A stretch of 63,968 bases of DNA, the filler included, from Neolecta irregularis DAH-3 (taxonomy: Eukaryota), in assembly GCA_001929475.1 (NCBI GenBank). It is 3 parts of 3 records of this genome, joined end to end, with 100 filler letters (N's around TTAATTAATTAA, not from the genome) between each part and the next. Parts side by side here need not be neighbours in the genome. Positions count along the whole stretch, not along the records: positions 32,004 to 60,609 come from LXFE01000287.1; 2 more parts are not named here. The stretch is one strand, 5' to 3'. The notes under the pieces are model-generated. The model did not search any database and was not told the origin of the DNA. It worked only from the letters and a program-made list of their open reading frames with translations. The stretch's first letter is position 1. Each line of letters begins with the position of its first letter. The translations under genes were made by a program, and so were the position numbers. Of this stretch, positions 37,849 through 50,334 are shown one piece after another.

Positions 37849-40703
37849 ATGGAAGGAATGTCGATTTTGGAAATTGTTTTGGAGAAATGTCTTGCCAGGA
37901 GGATAAGCCCAGAGAAGGTGTGTCTTCTCAACAATTACACTCTGATCAGCCTAGTGGGAGCAATTGACACGCGAGGCAATCATAAGTTACTCATTGGAAG
38001 GGGAATTTGCGGGTACGAGCCAAATTTCAGCACGGCTAATTGCCAGGAATACTAGCTAGTCCTCCAGCATCCGCGGAATCGCACCCATTATACACTAAAT
38101 ATATCATCAAGGCTCTTGAAACACAATTAACGACTCCACTCGAGTTGCTGCAATCGCCTCCTGAGAGTTCGCGACAAATCACGCATCTTAAGATACTCAA
38201 TCAATTCGCACAAATATGGGATCCACTGCAAACAGATGAGCCATTAAAACTACTTGAATCCCTGGAAAATATCTTGGAACACTCAGTTGATGAGAATCTT
38301 GGCAGACTGTGTATATCGATTTTTCGAAATATTTGTGGATCAGCTGTTCATTTCATTGCTCAAATGAAAGCATTACGGAATTCAAGGAATGGTTCGTAAT
38401 ATTGTTACTTATGACGCTAAAACTCAAGCCGATTGGACGCGGATGGAAAGGGCTTACAATACTCTCGGTTCTTCTCTCGAAAATATCAACATTGCAGACG
38501 CTCAAGAACTGCGAACAATATGGATTGAAATTTTCGAACAAGAAAGTATAGCGATGTTAATACCAGAGACTTCAGAGAACGGAACTCGCTTTGGTCGTGC
38601 TCTCCTGGTCATTTATTTCTCGTCGTTGGTACCAAACAAGAATTCCACTACCTGTTGCTGATGGTAGATCGATCATCATAACCTTAGCGCAAATGATGAG
38701 ATTTTCACTCGACTTCGAAATATTTACAAAGTATTCATTACTTAGATCATAACTGATGACAGGTCAACCACGAGAAACTTCTAAGCGATCTCTTAACCTC
38801 TGCATTCGATATCCTCGCCTTGTCAATTCGAAGGGGAGATACTCCCCCCACTAAAATATTTGCAGTCCGTGCCTTTCTCGTGTCTAAAGTTCCATCTCTC
38901 CTCTCGCAATTGCTTGCCCAAGGTCTCTTCTGTACATCACAAGATATTCTTAATGGTATATTGATGGCTCTACATCATGCCCATATGGGTGCTTTATCTC
39001 AAATGCCATTAGTAGATGAAGATTTGCTAGCCGAGGTTGACGTTCGAGCGGAATTACTAGGGTCGCTTTGCACCCATGGCTTACTAGATCCTACATCTGC
39101 AGGGGGATTTCCTGGCATAATTTTTGAAGGAACCTTCTCCCCTCGATTACTCATGAATGATCTCGTCCAGGATGTCACTGATGGTGGGCTGGATGTATTC
39201 ACGTTGATTTTGGGACTGGAAAAAGCAGATGGTAATCAAGATGTTGTTTCAGAGGCAATCATAGAGGTATTTTTTCCGCAGTCCTATTTTATTAATCGAA
39301 GATCATTATTAAGTTATCAAACCAAGGAAACGCAACTTTGTTATCAGCTCTATGCTCAGCACTAATACCCAAACTTTCCCTCGTAGAAATTATATTTCAA
39401 TATTGCAATCCAATGAATCTTCTTGGGCCGCTAAGTGACTTCTTAGATGACTATAAGATCGACGAAGATCAGGGTATCTCTATTGCGCTGCCAAATATCT
39501 GATTCCCATTTAGAGTGTCAAACACTTTTTGAAGAATTTGGGGGGGTGTTTCTGTTTGTACTAAGCTGTCTTCAGCATTATGAACTGGAAAACTCAATGG
39601 AACAGCATTATTGCAGTAAAGGCTCAACTTTTATTGTTTCATACTTTCGCGAAAAGGCAGTACCAAAGTCTGTTAGAGAATTTAAAGAAGAAGAGAAGAT
39701 TTTACTTTCAAAGTGGATTGTTGGGTTATTCGACAGTGAGGGTATCAGCGATGATCTATTGAGGTACATCACTCTTCGCATAGAATGCTAAATTGAGATC
39801 GTCACCCCCACAGAAAAGTATTCTACTCTCGCCTACAATCTTCGCACAGGCAGTTCAAGCAGCGATCAATGGCATAGTGTCAATTGATACCTTGAAAGAA
39901 GGCCTAGAATGTACCGGGTTCGCTATGTTCATAACTAAGACTAGATTTCCTCCAACCATTCTTATTGCCATGTCTCGTCGGCTCGGTAGAATATATCTGT
40001 AACTCCCTTGCAGCATCCAGGGATCCAAAGAGTCTTGCGGTTCGATTAACAGTTCTACAGACCCTTTTAGTGCCCACGACCGACACTACATCTGTCTTTG
40101 TGTCGGCTGTTCAAGCTTTGTTATCGGAAAAAGTGGAATACACGCTGAGAGCTACGGAAGCTACATCAACTGATATCAATGTAGAGGATATCATAAGTCT
40201 ACTTCAAGGCCAACGAAGGCCAAAAAGAGGGCCGATTGGTATGGGTCCATAAAACACGAGGTTGAATATTTTTAGCAAACGGACATATGTTGTCTCTCCG
40301 AGAAATGATCTTGAGGTTGTCTGAATGGCTGAACTCTGTACTATCATCACACGCGGTGGATTTATCCACTCATGTGACCCCACAACTACCGATTTTTGAT
40401 CTCCGAGTTCCAAGCGAGATTTATCGCAATTTTGATTTCCGGATTCTTATCTCAACTATTCTGTCTGAACTTGCAAAGTGCGAGCGTTTGGGATATGGCG
40501 AAGAAGCCATATGTATAGCCACGGGGATCATTACTGACGCCCTATCATCGTCTTCTTCTTTAGTAGTAAGAAATTGGTTAGAGAAGATACTAGACAATTA
40601 TGTTTCCGGAAGCGACTCTTACCCTTCGAAGAAACTGATGTTCCTACTTTGTCGGCAGTTCGATTATCAACGGGATTTCATCGAGATGGTGCAGATGGGA
40701 TAG
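37849..40703 (+). CDS. med5: Mediator complex subunit Med5 (Nut1), about 9 introns
   Basis: ECQTLFEEFGGVFLFV, WIVGLFDSEGISDDLLRSSPPQ and GLEYFLQPFLLP resemble fungal Med5 blocks. Exons join in phase. Confidence 0.8.
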
Positions 40704-40746
40704 AGCATATTACGACACTTTCTCAAAGATTACTTCAATACCCATG

Positions 40747-41314
40747 TCAAGTGTCCATATAAGTCTTAACACTTATGGTTGATGACTGTATTTCTTGGGC
40801 CTTATTGGGCCTTACTGGTGGGATGCTGCGAACATGGACATTAAGAGGCCAACGACATGTATTCAAGCGTCCTTTCACGACTCCCATGTCACCTATGTTT
40901 AAAGGACAATTCTTGTGCAATGTGTAGTGCGGGACAAAATTTTCGCAGGTCTTCGTCACAATTAAACTCAATATCACTTTCCGATGTTACATCCTCAATC
41001 AAATCACCTTCGCTAGCAACCTTATCCTTTGCTATTTTCTTCCAAACAGCGGACTCTGGAAGCCGCCGATAACACAACACCTCATTTCAGCCTCAACTCC
41101 TACCTACAATCACTTCCTCTTTTCATTTGCCTTTACCGGAATCACGATGCTAAAAATCTCTTCCTCTTGTAATCAGCTACAACAATCTATTCCCCTTCTC
41201 CAAACGTCTTTATCAACAAAAGTCTGTTCACCGGAGAAATCGTGGAACTGTCTAATCTCAAAAAAAGACCATCACCAAGGACATGATGCCATACACTAAG
41301 CAACTAGTTGCCAT
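40747..41314 (-). CDS. Possible small multi-exon hypothetical protein
   Basis: ATG at 41314 followed by a GTATGG..TAG intron, then coding-like segments (QFHDFSGEQTFVDKD; EGDLIEDVTSESDIEFNCDEDLRKFCPALH). Phases are not fully resolved. Confidence 0.25.
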
Positions 41315-41469
41315 TTTCCTGGTTCTCTTTAGACAGCTTTCCCTTATCGTTCTTAGTCGCTGCAGGAAAAATCTATTCCTACAAATACAGGCCTGGAGCG
41401 AGTCCTACAGCTAGCGAGAATTCAATCTTTAGATTTCCCTATTTACGAGGTCCACTCGCTCACCCTGTT

Positions 41470-41631
41470 TGTAAGAACACAGGTTCTTACATATGACGTG
41501 GATATGTTATTAGTTTAACGGTCATTTAAGGAACTATATTATAGAGGGGGATTACGGCAACCTAACCAAGTTCACTTACCTTGGTTAGAATATATACCGG
41601 GTCTTATTTGTACTTCAGGCGAACACTTACA
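41470..41631. mobile_element. Solo LTR, 162 bp, with 5-bp target-site duplication CTGTT
   Basis: Perfect inverted termini TGTAAG...CTTACA. CTGTT directly flanks both ends (41465-41469 and 41632-41636). Confidence 0.8.
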
Positions 41632-41974
41632 CTGTTTAAGCTCTGTAAAACTCTCTATCGAACCTTTTCAAAGCATACAGCAATATAATAAGAATATAGC
41701 CGAGAACCCCCCCCCATTTCGTCAAACGTCTGTTTGATGGATAGGTCTAGCACGTGTCAATTAGCTAGAGTGACGTTGTGTTGGTATGCCTCGACCCCTG
41801 TTTAGCTCCGCACTAGTGACAACCTCTTATTATGTTCTTCCAGTTCCATCAAGCGTACTGTGCGTGTTGCATCACTGCTCCTTGTAACAATGCTTCGCCA
41901 GCCCTGCAACAGGGCGCCTTCAGGCACATTGAGAAGGCAATCAAAGAGAGTATTTTCGCTGCTTAAGTCGGGAG

Positions 41975-43394
41975 ATGGCAATGCAGTCTCCAGTGGTCCC
42001 ACGGGGTCTTCCTCAAGCAACATCAAAACAACTGTAATAGGGCGGAAAGGTCAAATCATCATCTCGTCGTCTTCAATAGGTATGATTCATCACCGCACAA
42101 GAAACCTGATGGTTTTGAAACTGGAAAGAATACTTACAACTCCTCATTCTTTACGTGGAATATGAGGACCGGCAAATCGAAGTATATACCATTCAATATT
42201 TATGCCTTGGAAAGGATTGCGTCGAAGGACTTGGGAAGCGATAAAATATGTTCTATCAGACTCACTGTTGACTCGCCTTGCGAAAAGTGGTTCGAAATTT
42301 CCGATTCAACAAATCAGTCGTCGTGTATCGTCAAAATTCCATTTCCATCTGTAGAATTTTATCGTGTGGAGAACGAAGTGCATACAATCGACTATTTACG
42401 TCAGAATACAACCCTTCCCGTCCCTCGGATTTTATCTCATTGCTCTCATTCTGAAAATGCAGTGGGAATGGAGTATATAATCCTCGAACCCCCTCTCGGT
42501 CGATCCTTAGACGAGGTATGGAACATTCTCTCATCAAATGAACGAAAGGGGTACATCCTTGAGCTGATCGACTTCAAACTCCAAATTCTTCGCCTCACAT
42601 CGGACAAAATAGGCTGTATCTATAAAAAGAGCACCCATTTCGCTGTGGGACCACTGCTTTCTTTCCTTGAACACGATATTCCGGAATGCGGCCCCTGTTT
42701 GTGTTTTTCTTTCGATTAAACTAACGGTGTAGGGCATACGCTCGATCACTACCTTCACTCGCTGGCCGCATTATATCTCTCACATTTGAAATCAAGGAAA
42801 TCATCCGCTCACGATACTCCAGGACACTTCCCATCCCGTCTCTCGAAAGTCGCAATACAAAAATTCCTTCAAGTTGCGCCCTATTTACAGCCACCTAAAG
42901 ACCTCTGCAAGTTTGTCTTGCATCATCCCGATCTTTCTCTTTCCAATATATATGTTTATGAAGGTCGGATATCTTGCATCACAGGATGGTCATCATCTGC
43001 TTTTCAGCCTCTTTTCGAAGCTGTACAGCCTCCAAAATGTCTCCAGCGTTTCGATGGGGAGAGCATTGAAGCTACGCTTCTTCGCAAGCTGTATTATGAC
43101 AAGATAACCCCGTTAGTCCCGGCGCAATTTACATCTCCACGTCTTGATTTCTTTCGCCAATTGTTGCGTCTCATTCTTTCTCATGCTTCGCCCAAGGGAC
43201 TGTCTTGCGCAATCGTTGATATCGTCGAACATTGGAATATCTTCCGTTCGAATACAGAAATTGAATGTCCGATAACCGTGTCCAAACGTGAGAAGAGGAA
43301 AACACTTCGATGTGAGAGCTTGCCAGCCGTTTCTGAGGTGATATTCGATCACAACCGGTGGGAAGTACCTATAGAGGATATGGTTTATGAGTAA
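41975..43394 (+). CDS. Aminoglycoside/choline phosphotransferase-like (APH, Aim9-related) protein, 2 introns
   Basis: FNIYALERIA, KIPFP, ENEVHTIDYLRQNTTLPVPRIL, VGMEYIILE, HPDLSLSNIYV. Start inferred from the phase-compatible intron 42034-42079. Confidence 0.8.
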
Positions 43395-44369
43395 TAGCTA
43401 TTGTTTGTTTTGTTGGAGTTTGAGCATGAACGTCTCGCGCGAAGGATAGGTTTTGGTATTAACTTTTTTAACGTTGAATGAGTTTTCTTCAGCTTTGTGA
43501 TACGTGAGCTAGCATGTATGACATGAGAGAATATTATTTAAAAAGGTAAGCTGGGAAAACTGACAAGGTTGATGTTCCACAAGTAGGTCCCAATATTCCC
43601 TGTTTTAGAATATCATGATATTTTTGGGTGGTGACTACAAAACGCAGCCATACTCCTTGCTGGTAGTATTGACACGATATTGTGAGTTTGACCTCGGTCA
43701 ACATAGCGAGCACAACGAGCAACCTTTTAGGAAAGTGGAAATCGTAGAGATTCGGGTATCACATCTCAGCGAAAACAGTTGGCTTAAAATGGCCAGTTCA
43801 AAACTTTCATGATATTGCCTAAGTTGGGACCTGTTTCCTCGAACAGCACACTGATGCTTCACGCTGCTTAATCTTGAGAACTTGCAAGACAGTCGGAACT
43901 ACAACTTGATGCAAGCCTACACAATTCGAAATCTTGACTGCAATGAATTACAACTTCTTCGAAACACAAAATACATCTTGATACTGGAAAATATTTGCCC
44001 GTAACAGTATCTCGTGAGTGCTAGCCAATATCTCCACTTCATATAGCACGAATGGCATCAATCAACTTCAGTCTGCCTCATTGTAAAACCAGACCCTTGC
44101 AGATTGTGAAGAATTCATCTGAAGTACTCATTTCAATATTGGGCTACTTGGAAGTGTCATTTGGTAGCAATCCTGAAATTATCATACAACATGCAGAATA
44201 ATTGCCACCATGTCTAGAACATAGCATAGCGATATTTTCCATATCAGGCAGTTATTCTGATAACCTTACATAACAATTATTAGACATTTATTTTTATACG
44301 AGATTTTTATTAGACCCAATAACACGCTAAACGCTTAGCTTTTCAGACATAATGTAACAATTGAACATT

Positions 44370-46067
44370 TCAACGACTTCTTCGACGATTGAAAGCTCCT
44401 CGTAATACCGATATGGTCCTTTCAACATCTCTCTTTGCCATGCCGAGTCCCACGCAGAGCCTCAAGCTCGAGCGAACGGGCCACATTTCCTGACCGACGC
44501 GTTTGGTTCTAGTAATGAGGATACCATTATTGATACACTAGTAATCAGAGAAACAAAGTAATGAGGGAGTCAACCTCATCAACAATATCTTGGAGAATCT
44601 TATCCTCTTCAGGTACTGGTTCCTTGAGAGAAATGAGAACCATCGGACTGTCACTATCACCAGATACAGAGATTCCGTCAATCCTATTTAACCCAGTTCG
44701 CATGACTTTCGTTAGTTCACGCAGTGTCTTAATCATCTCCCCATCATCTTTTTTGAGAATTTCGAGTGCACCAATACTAACAGCGCCTAGCATAGCAGGC
44801 AAGGCGGCAGAAAAGACGTAGCTAGGCGAGTTGATCCGTTGATGCGCAACAACTTCTTCGCTACCAGCACAAAATCCACCAGCAGAAGAAATAGCATGAG
44901 CATATGATCCAATAAGAATATCAATATCTGAAGCATGGCAGCCCCAATGCTCACTAATTCCTCGACCAGTCCGTCCTAATGTTCCGAAAGAAATCGATTC
45001 ATCGAGAATTAACCGGTATTTAAATTTTCGTTTGAGCTCAAGGATCTTTGGAAGGTCCAAGATTTTACCAGTCGACTCAAATAGTCCTTCAGTAACAATA
45101 AAGCGGCGGGTAAGTGGCTTCTTGGAGAATTCTCTGCGAACCTGATCTAGAACTAGTTCAAGGGAATCGACATCGTTATGTTCATACCAAAGGATAGTAG
45201 ATCGAGATATAGAGAGGCCTTTCTGTATTGGAAAAGAGATCCCCTTATCACTAATGTTTCAGTTGAACGGACATCGGGAATTCATACGCTACTATAATGT
45301 CACCCCGTTTAGCAAAACTCGGAATAACACTGCTGACTGTGCTGTAGGCTTGAGCATATATTATCGAAGCGGGTACGTCCAAAAAGGTTGCGAGTTCTTT
45401 TTCGAGGTTTACGTGCACATCTTGGGTTCCGTAAAATCCTGGGGGTCCACACGCCCCAACCCCGTACGTCCTTAGAGCGGAAACTGCTCTTTCACGAAGA
45501 GCACAAGAGGAATGTAAATTGAGGAAGTTGAATGTTGATGCTGAGAGTACCGGTTTCGGATGGCTTTGGATCCTGACTTTGGGTCCAGCGGGTCTGAACA
45601 TGAACAGCAGGACAATCCGGGAAATACCCTATGATCACTGGGATTTTGTCCAGCTCAGTTTGATCCTGTCGAGAAAGTGGAGTTACTAGAGATTCCGGTT
45701 GCCATTCGTCCACCAGATCATCGATTTCCTGTCCCTTAGAGTATACACGAATATGAATATGTACTTGTTGGGTAAATTTAACGTAGTTTTTGTCAGGTCG
45801 ATAGCGTTTGCTCAAGAGATACCGTAGAGTAAAGAAGACGAGAAATAGCTCGATGATACTCCGGATTGGATCGTCCTGATAACTTGACTTTATATAACGC
45901 ATAAGGATCTGAGACCCGGGTATCAGGTGGAATTTTTCGACGAGAAGGTTCACATATATAGATGGGTCCAGAGTCATAACTGCCGCTTCATACACGTGGA
46001 AGTAGGGATATAGAAAGTGTAATGCTTGTCGATGGTGAAGTTGAGCGATTGGATTTTGAGAGGTCAT
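44370..46067 (-). CDS. lcb1: Serine palmitoyltransferase subunit Lcb1, 4 introns (start could be 45977)
   Basis: YIKSSYQDDPIRS; DLVDEWQPESLV; YGVGACGPPGFYGTQDVH; LDESISFGTLGRTGRG; YVFSAALPAML. Confidence 0.95.
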
Positions 46068-46609
46068 TCCCGTAACCGAGACTTTTAGCGTCTCAACACC
46101 AGTCGTAAATATAGCCTGAGTGAGGTTGAGAGATCCACAGGCCTTTAAAATCCTTGAGGTGCCTTTGGCTGTTTAACGGAGATAGTGTGAGAGACGTGTA
46201 ATCAAAAGGGAAGTTAAATATGCATATCGCGAGATCTCTGAATAAACTTGAAAATATAGAAAAAGAAAAAATGCCTACAGAGGGTAAAAGAAATCTCTTT
46301 TTCTTTGATATTTCCTGCTTTTGGTTAATAGTAAGCAAATCCATAGATCTTGGCCCAATCGGGGCAATTTGGCCTTTAGCCGTTCTTGCTGGAGTCAGAA
46401 AGAACCACATCTATTGTGTAATGTTCTCAAGTTCATATATACGACAGGTTGGGAGAATTTCAATATGTTAGGGGAGTAAAACGCAGGCTGCAATTGTATA
46501 GTTTTGCAGACTTCAATAAAAAAAACCAAGAAAAACCATTGTTAGATTCCTTTGCTGTATGAATAGAGCATTATTCACCAGTCATACACGCAATCAGCTA
46601 CAGGGCTAC

Positions 46610-46789
46610 TGTAGCAGAGGACTAACTATGTGGCAGTTAGTCGTCACCGCAAGGATGACGGCTATCTTCCACATAGGTGCTATATATACATGATACTTAG
46701 TGTCTACGCTATACCTTTCTCATACGCTGAGGGAGTCTCCGCTCCCTGTACCGATATCCGGTTTAACCCAAGGGAGTATCTCCGTTACA
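46610..46789. mobile_element. Solo LTR, 180 bp, with 5-bp target-site duplication GCTAC
   Basis: TGTAGC...GTTACA termini. GCTAC flanks both ends (46605-46609 and 46790-46794). Internal TATATATA. Confidence 0.78.
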
Positions 46790-47320
46790 GCTACCTATAG
46801 GAACCAGAAACGGCCTTGTCGGTTATAGAAAGCTAGACACCGACCAAAGAAAAAGCCAAACAAGAGACTCCTTCAAATATCCTCCAAAATATTGCTATAT
46901 CATTTTTGTGCCATAAGGGGAATCACTTCTTATTTTAACTCCGATATCTCATTCGCCTTGGCATTGAAAAGAAGAAAGCCGTATTTTTACATTTTAAAAT
47001 ATTCCGCCCGCTGGGTAATGCCTCATCGTCTATTGCAAATGCAGACGTTAGGCGACCTAATGCAGGGAATTCTCTTTCATTTAAGAGTCTGTCTAGGCAA
47101 ATACATTTTGACTTCAGAATATCCGATCATAGAAAAACCCGTTAGAGCGATCGCTGAAGCTTCGATAGTGCCAGTTTATCACGGTTAAGATTATTTTTTT
47201 GGAGATGGGCGAAAATCTATTAGACGAATTGTTGATATTTCATAGTACTTGGAAATGTAGACGACGGTTGATGGTAGGTAAAAGTGGAAAAATTTCGCTA
47301 TTTATACATATGATCCCCGC

Positions 47321-47987
47321 ATGACCTCCAACGACGACACTGCAGGAAAGCCGCCTTCTCACACCGAAATCTGGGACGATACAGAGCTTGTACAAGCCTG
47401 GGACCAAGCTTTGGCTGAATACAAAGTATGTGTTCGATTAAATATTCCAATTGAATTATGATTGACATTGCCTTGCAGAAATATCACAGCATCGAAGGCG
47501 CATCTAAAAGGACCAAGAATGAAAATATAAAAATTTCTCAGGCTGCAGACAGCATGGAAGTTTCAGATGCAGAATCGGGCGAGATAGATGAAAGGATACA
47601 AGTAGAGGTCTGTTTTATTCTTCTGGTGTGGTCTAAATCATAGAACAATCCCAGCAAACAGTCCTTGGCCAATCAGACAAATATCCCCGCACAGTTTCTT
47701 ACTACAGACAGCAAGAAACTACAAAAAGAAATAACGACCCCGAGAGTGGAACTCAGTGCCGACCATTCAGAGTGTTCAAATCCGCAACAGAGTACCAATG
47801 ACAAAGGCATTGATTTGCCAGCACCACTAAAAATACTCGCAAATGGTATTCCATATACAACTATATCTCTGACATATGAGAGGATGAAAGCCTTCGAAAC
47901 TTGATGATGTCTTGGTATTATGCTGGATACTACACAGGATATCACGCTGGACAAAAGTCTGAGTCGAAAAACAACGAAAATCTGTAG
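47321..47987 (+). CDS. smn1: Survival motor neuron protein (SMN/Smn1), 3 introns
   Basis: N-terminal Gemin2-binding motif EIWDDTELVQAWDQALAEYK|KYHS and C-terminal YG box LRNLMMSWYYAGYYTG. No Tudor domain, as in fungal SMN. Both diagnostic exons are missing from the ORF track. Confidence 0.93.
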
Positions 47988-49179
47988 TGATCTTACTGTG
48001 TCAGAACAATGGTTCTATGACAATGGCCCGAAGAACCCGGCATCTATTCTGATATTTTTGAAATGAAAAGGTTGTTTGAGAAAATTGCCTCCAGAGTTTG
48101 AAGTCGCGAGAAAAATACTAAATAGATCGATTCAAGCAAAGCAAGTGCTTCGTTATGGAGATATGAAAGAGGCCTCCTACATTTCGAACAATCTGACATG
48201 AAATTTTACTTTATTATTGCCCGACCAGACTTATTCTTTCAATGATGTGAGCTTGTTGCTTGGCGCAATGTCATAACCGGCTAGGTCATTCACTGGATCT
48301 AGAGGATCAAGAATGGACCTATTTTTTAAGGCGAAAAGTACACTTCTATGGTTATGATGTTCGTTCCGACGGTATTCATTAAGACTATCTCGCGGTTTCA
48401 ATCGCGACACTCATTATTTTCATGTCTCTTTCTCTTGAGGCTAGAATATTTCAAGAGGTAGCGCGGAACCAAAGATATGTGTTCGTTCTCGGGAAATGAC
48501 ACGAGTTTCATGAAAGATTGTCTAAATTTAGGCAACGCAGATCGTCTTCGCGAAATCCCGCAGAATCACAAGCTGACGAATTGCGCATTCCTCTCGAAAC
48601 GAGCTGTCCATATCACTGATTGATAGTGAATCAACTGTTCTATGGCTGTGAGTCAGGAGAAGGCGTTATCAAACACTCAGAAAAGCCTCAGCGAGCGTGA
48701 ATATCAATTTGACGAACAGTCGAACATGTCAGTTTATCATGTGCCAATGAAACTCTATCCTTCACCGGCCCCGGCCACAGATGGGTTGTCCATCGATCTG
48801 ATGCTGGGAAAACTCATAATATTTGCCTCAGATATGGCACTTGTCGGGAAAGGGCAACGAATCTTAGAATATGCTCGAAGTCTAGTATTATTGAGCTTAT
48901 TGTGCACTGACCCATCGTGTCGCAGCCTTAGTTACGCAAACCGAGAGTCTCGATCCTCCGAGGAAGATCTTCGACCGATCGGCCAATTCTCCTAAGATGG
49001 TTCATTGATGCCTGCCTAACACACTACTAGGCTCTTTGCTATAAATTCGACCAATTGCCATATCTAGTTTTCCTTCGTTCTCTGCTTCTCGGTATTTTTG
49101 AACATATCATATTTCTTGATATCCCTCTATTCAGTCGGTTCTTATGCTGCCAAATACTTACTGACCCCCAGGAATTACA

Positions 49180-50155
49180 ATGCAGTTCACCCAAGTTGCT
49201 CAGATATTTTCTGCTTTGTTGCTCGTAAGCAATGCTGCCCCTTCGCAGTTTTCTGGGCAAGTCAAGTTGGCAAAGCGAGTCCCCTTGGGTCTCGGCCTAG
49301 AGCTCGACTTGGTTGGCGGATCTCCTGAGAGCTGGGATGGTGAGTGCGAGGAATGTCAGAAAGCCATTCGCCAGGATGACAATGAAGATTACGAAGAATC
49401 TTCAGGTGCCAATATCCCCTCTGTAACGCCTCCAGCCTACCTTCTCCCACCGGCCTATGTTCCATCCCTCGATATTTCGCAAGAGGAATGTTCAGAAAGC
49501 TCGACAACACAAAGTCCCTCGGTTCCAACAACGGTACTCTATTCGAGTTCAACACCATCATTAGTTGTCCTTTTTTATTCATCTTCAACTGTACCAACGA
49601 CTGCTCCTTCTCCAAGTTCAACCCCGTCATCGATAATTCCCGTCTTTTCATCCTCAGCAGAACACTCAGAAACTGCAAGCTCCTCTAAACCAACAACTAC
49701 TATTCCCACCTCTAGTTCAACTTCATCTTTAAGAGTTCTTGTTTCAACACCGACATTGATAGCCCCCGTCTTTTCATCCTCAATAAAACAAGCGGAAACT
49801 GCAAGCTCCTCTCAACAAGGAGCCACTGTTCCTACCTCTTCTTCAACTCCATCATTAGTTCCTGTTCCATCGATTTCAAAAGAACTTACCCCAACGGAAA
49901 GCTACCCAGCAAACACCATCACTTTTCCTTCTCTTACTTCAACATCATCGTTAATCACCCCGCCTATATCAATCTCCGAAAAGTGTTCAGAAACTGAATT
50001 CGTCCCTCTAATGACTCCAGTAACCACCCTTCCTGCCAACATTAACAGTACACCTCCATGTGCTGTCTTCACTGTTGTATGTCTTCACCTTGGCATAATT
50101 CTAATTTCAGACAACAACTGTCACCGTTAGGACTTGTCCAACTGCCTTGTACTAG
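49180..50155 (+). CDS. Secreted Ser/Thr/Pro-rich protein (cell-wall or mucin-like), 1 intron
   Basis: Signal peptide MQFTQVAQIFSALLLVSNA, KR Kex2-like site, internal repeat of about 42 aa, and a short last exon TTTVTVRTCPTALY after a GTATGT..CTAAT..CAG intron. Confidence 0.8.
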
Positions 50156-50334
50156 ATAATATACTTAATAGGCACCATTCTCAGCTCCTATATTTAATCA
50201 AGGCTGCCTGCGCAATAAATTTCTCTGCCCCTTTATAGTGATGAATAAAAAGATCACATGCTGTTACCTTCAGGACCATCCAGTTCTGATTGAGTGCTCA
50301 AGTATTCGGCAAGTAACATCAAATTCGAATTACT

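Noticed and set aside
43500-44300. Short ORFs between the APH-like gene and lcb1
   Set aside because: No consistent exon chain or family motif was found.
48642-48995. 117-aa ORF upstream of the secreted protein
   Set aside because: No recognisable motif. It is more likely promoter or UTR sequence, though it cannot be excluded.
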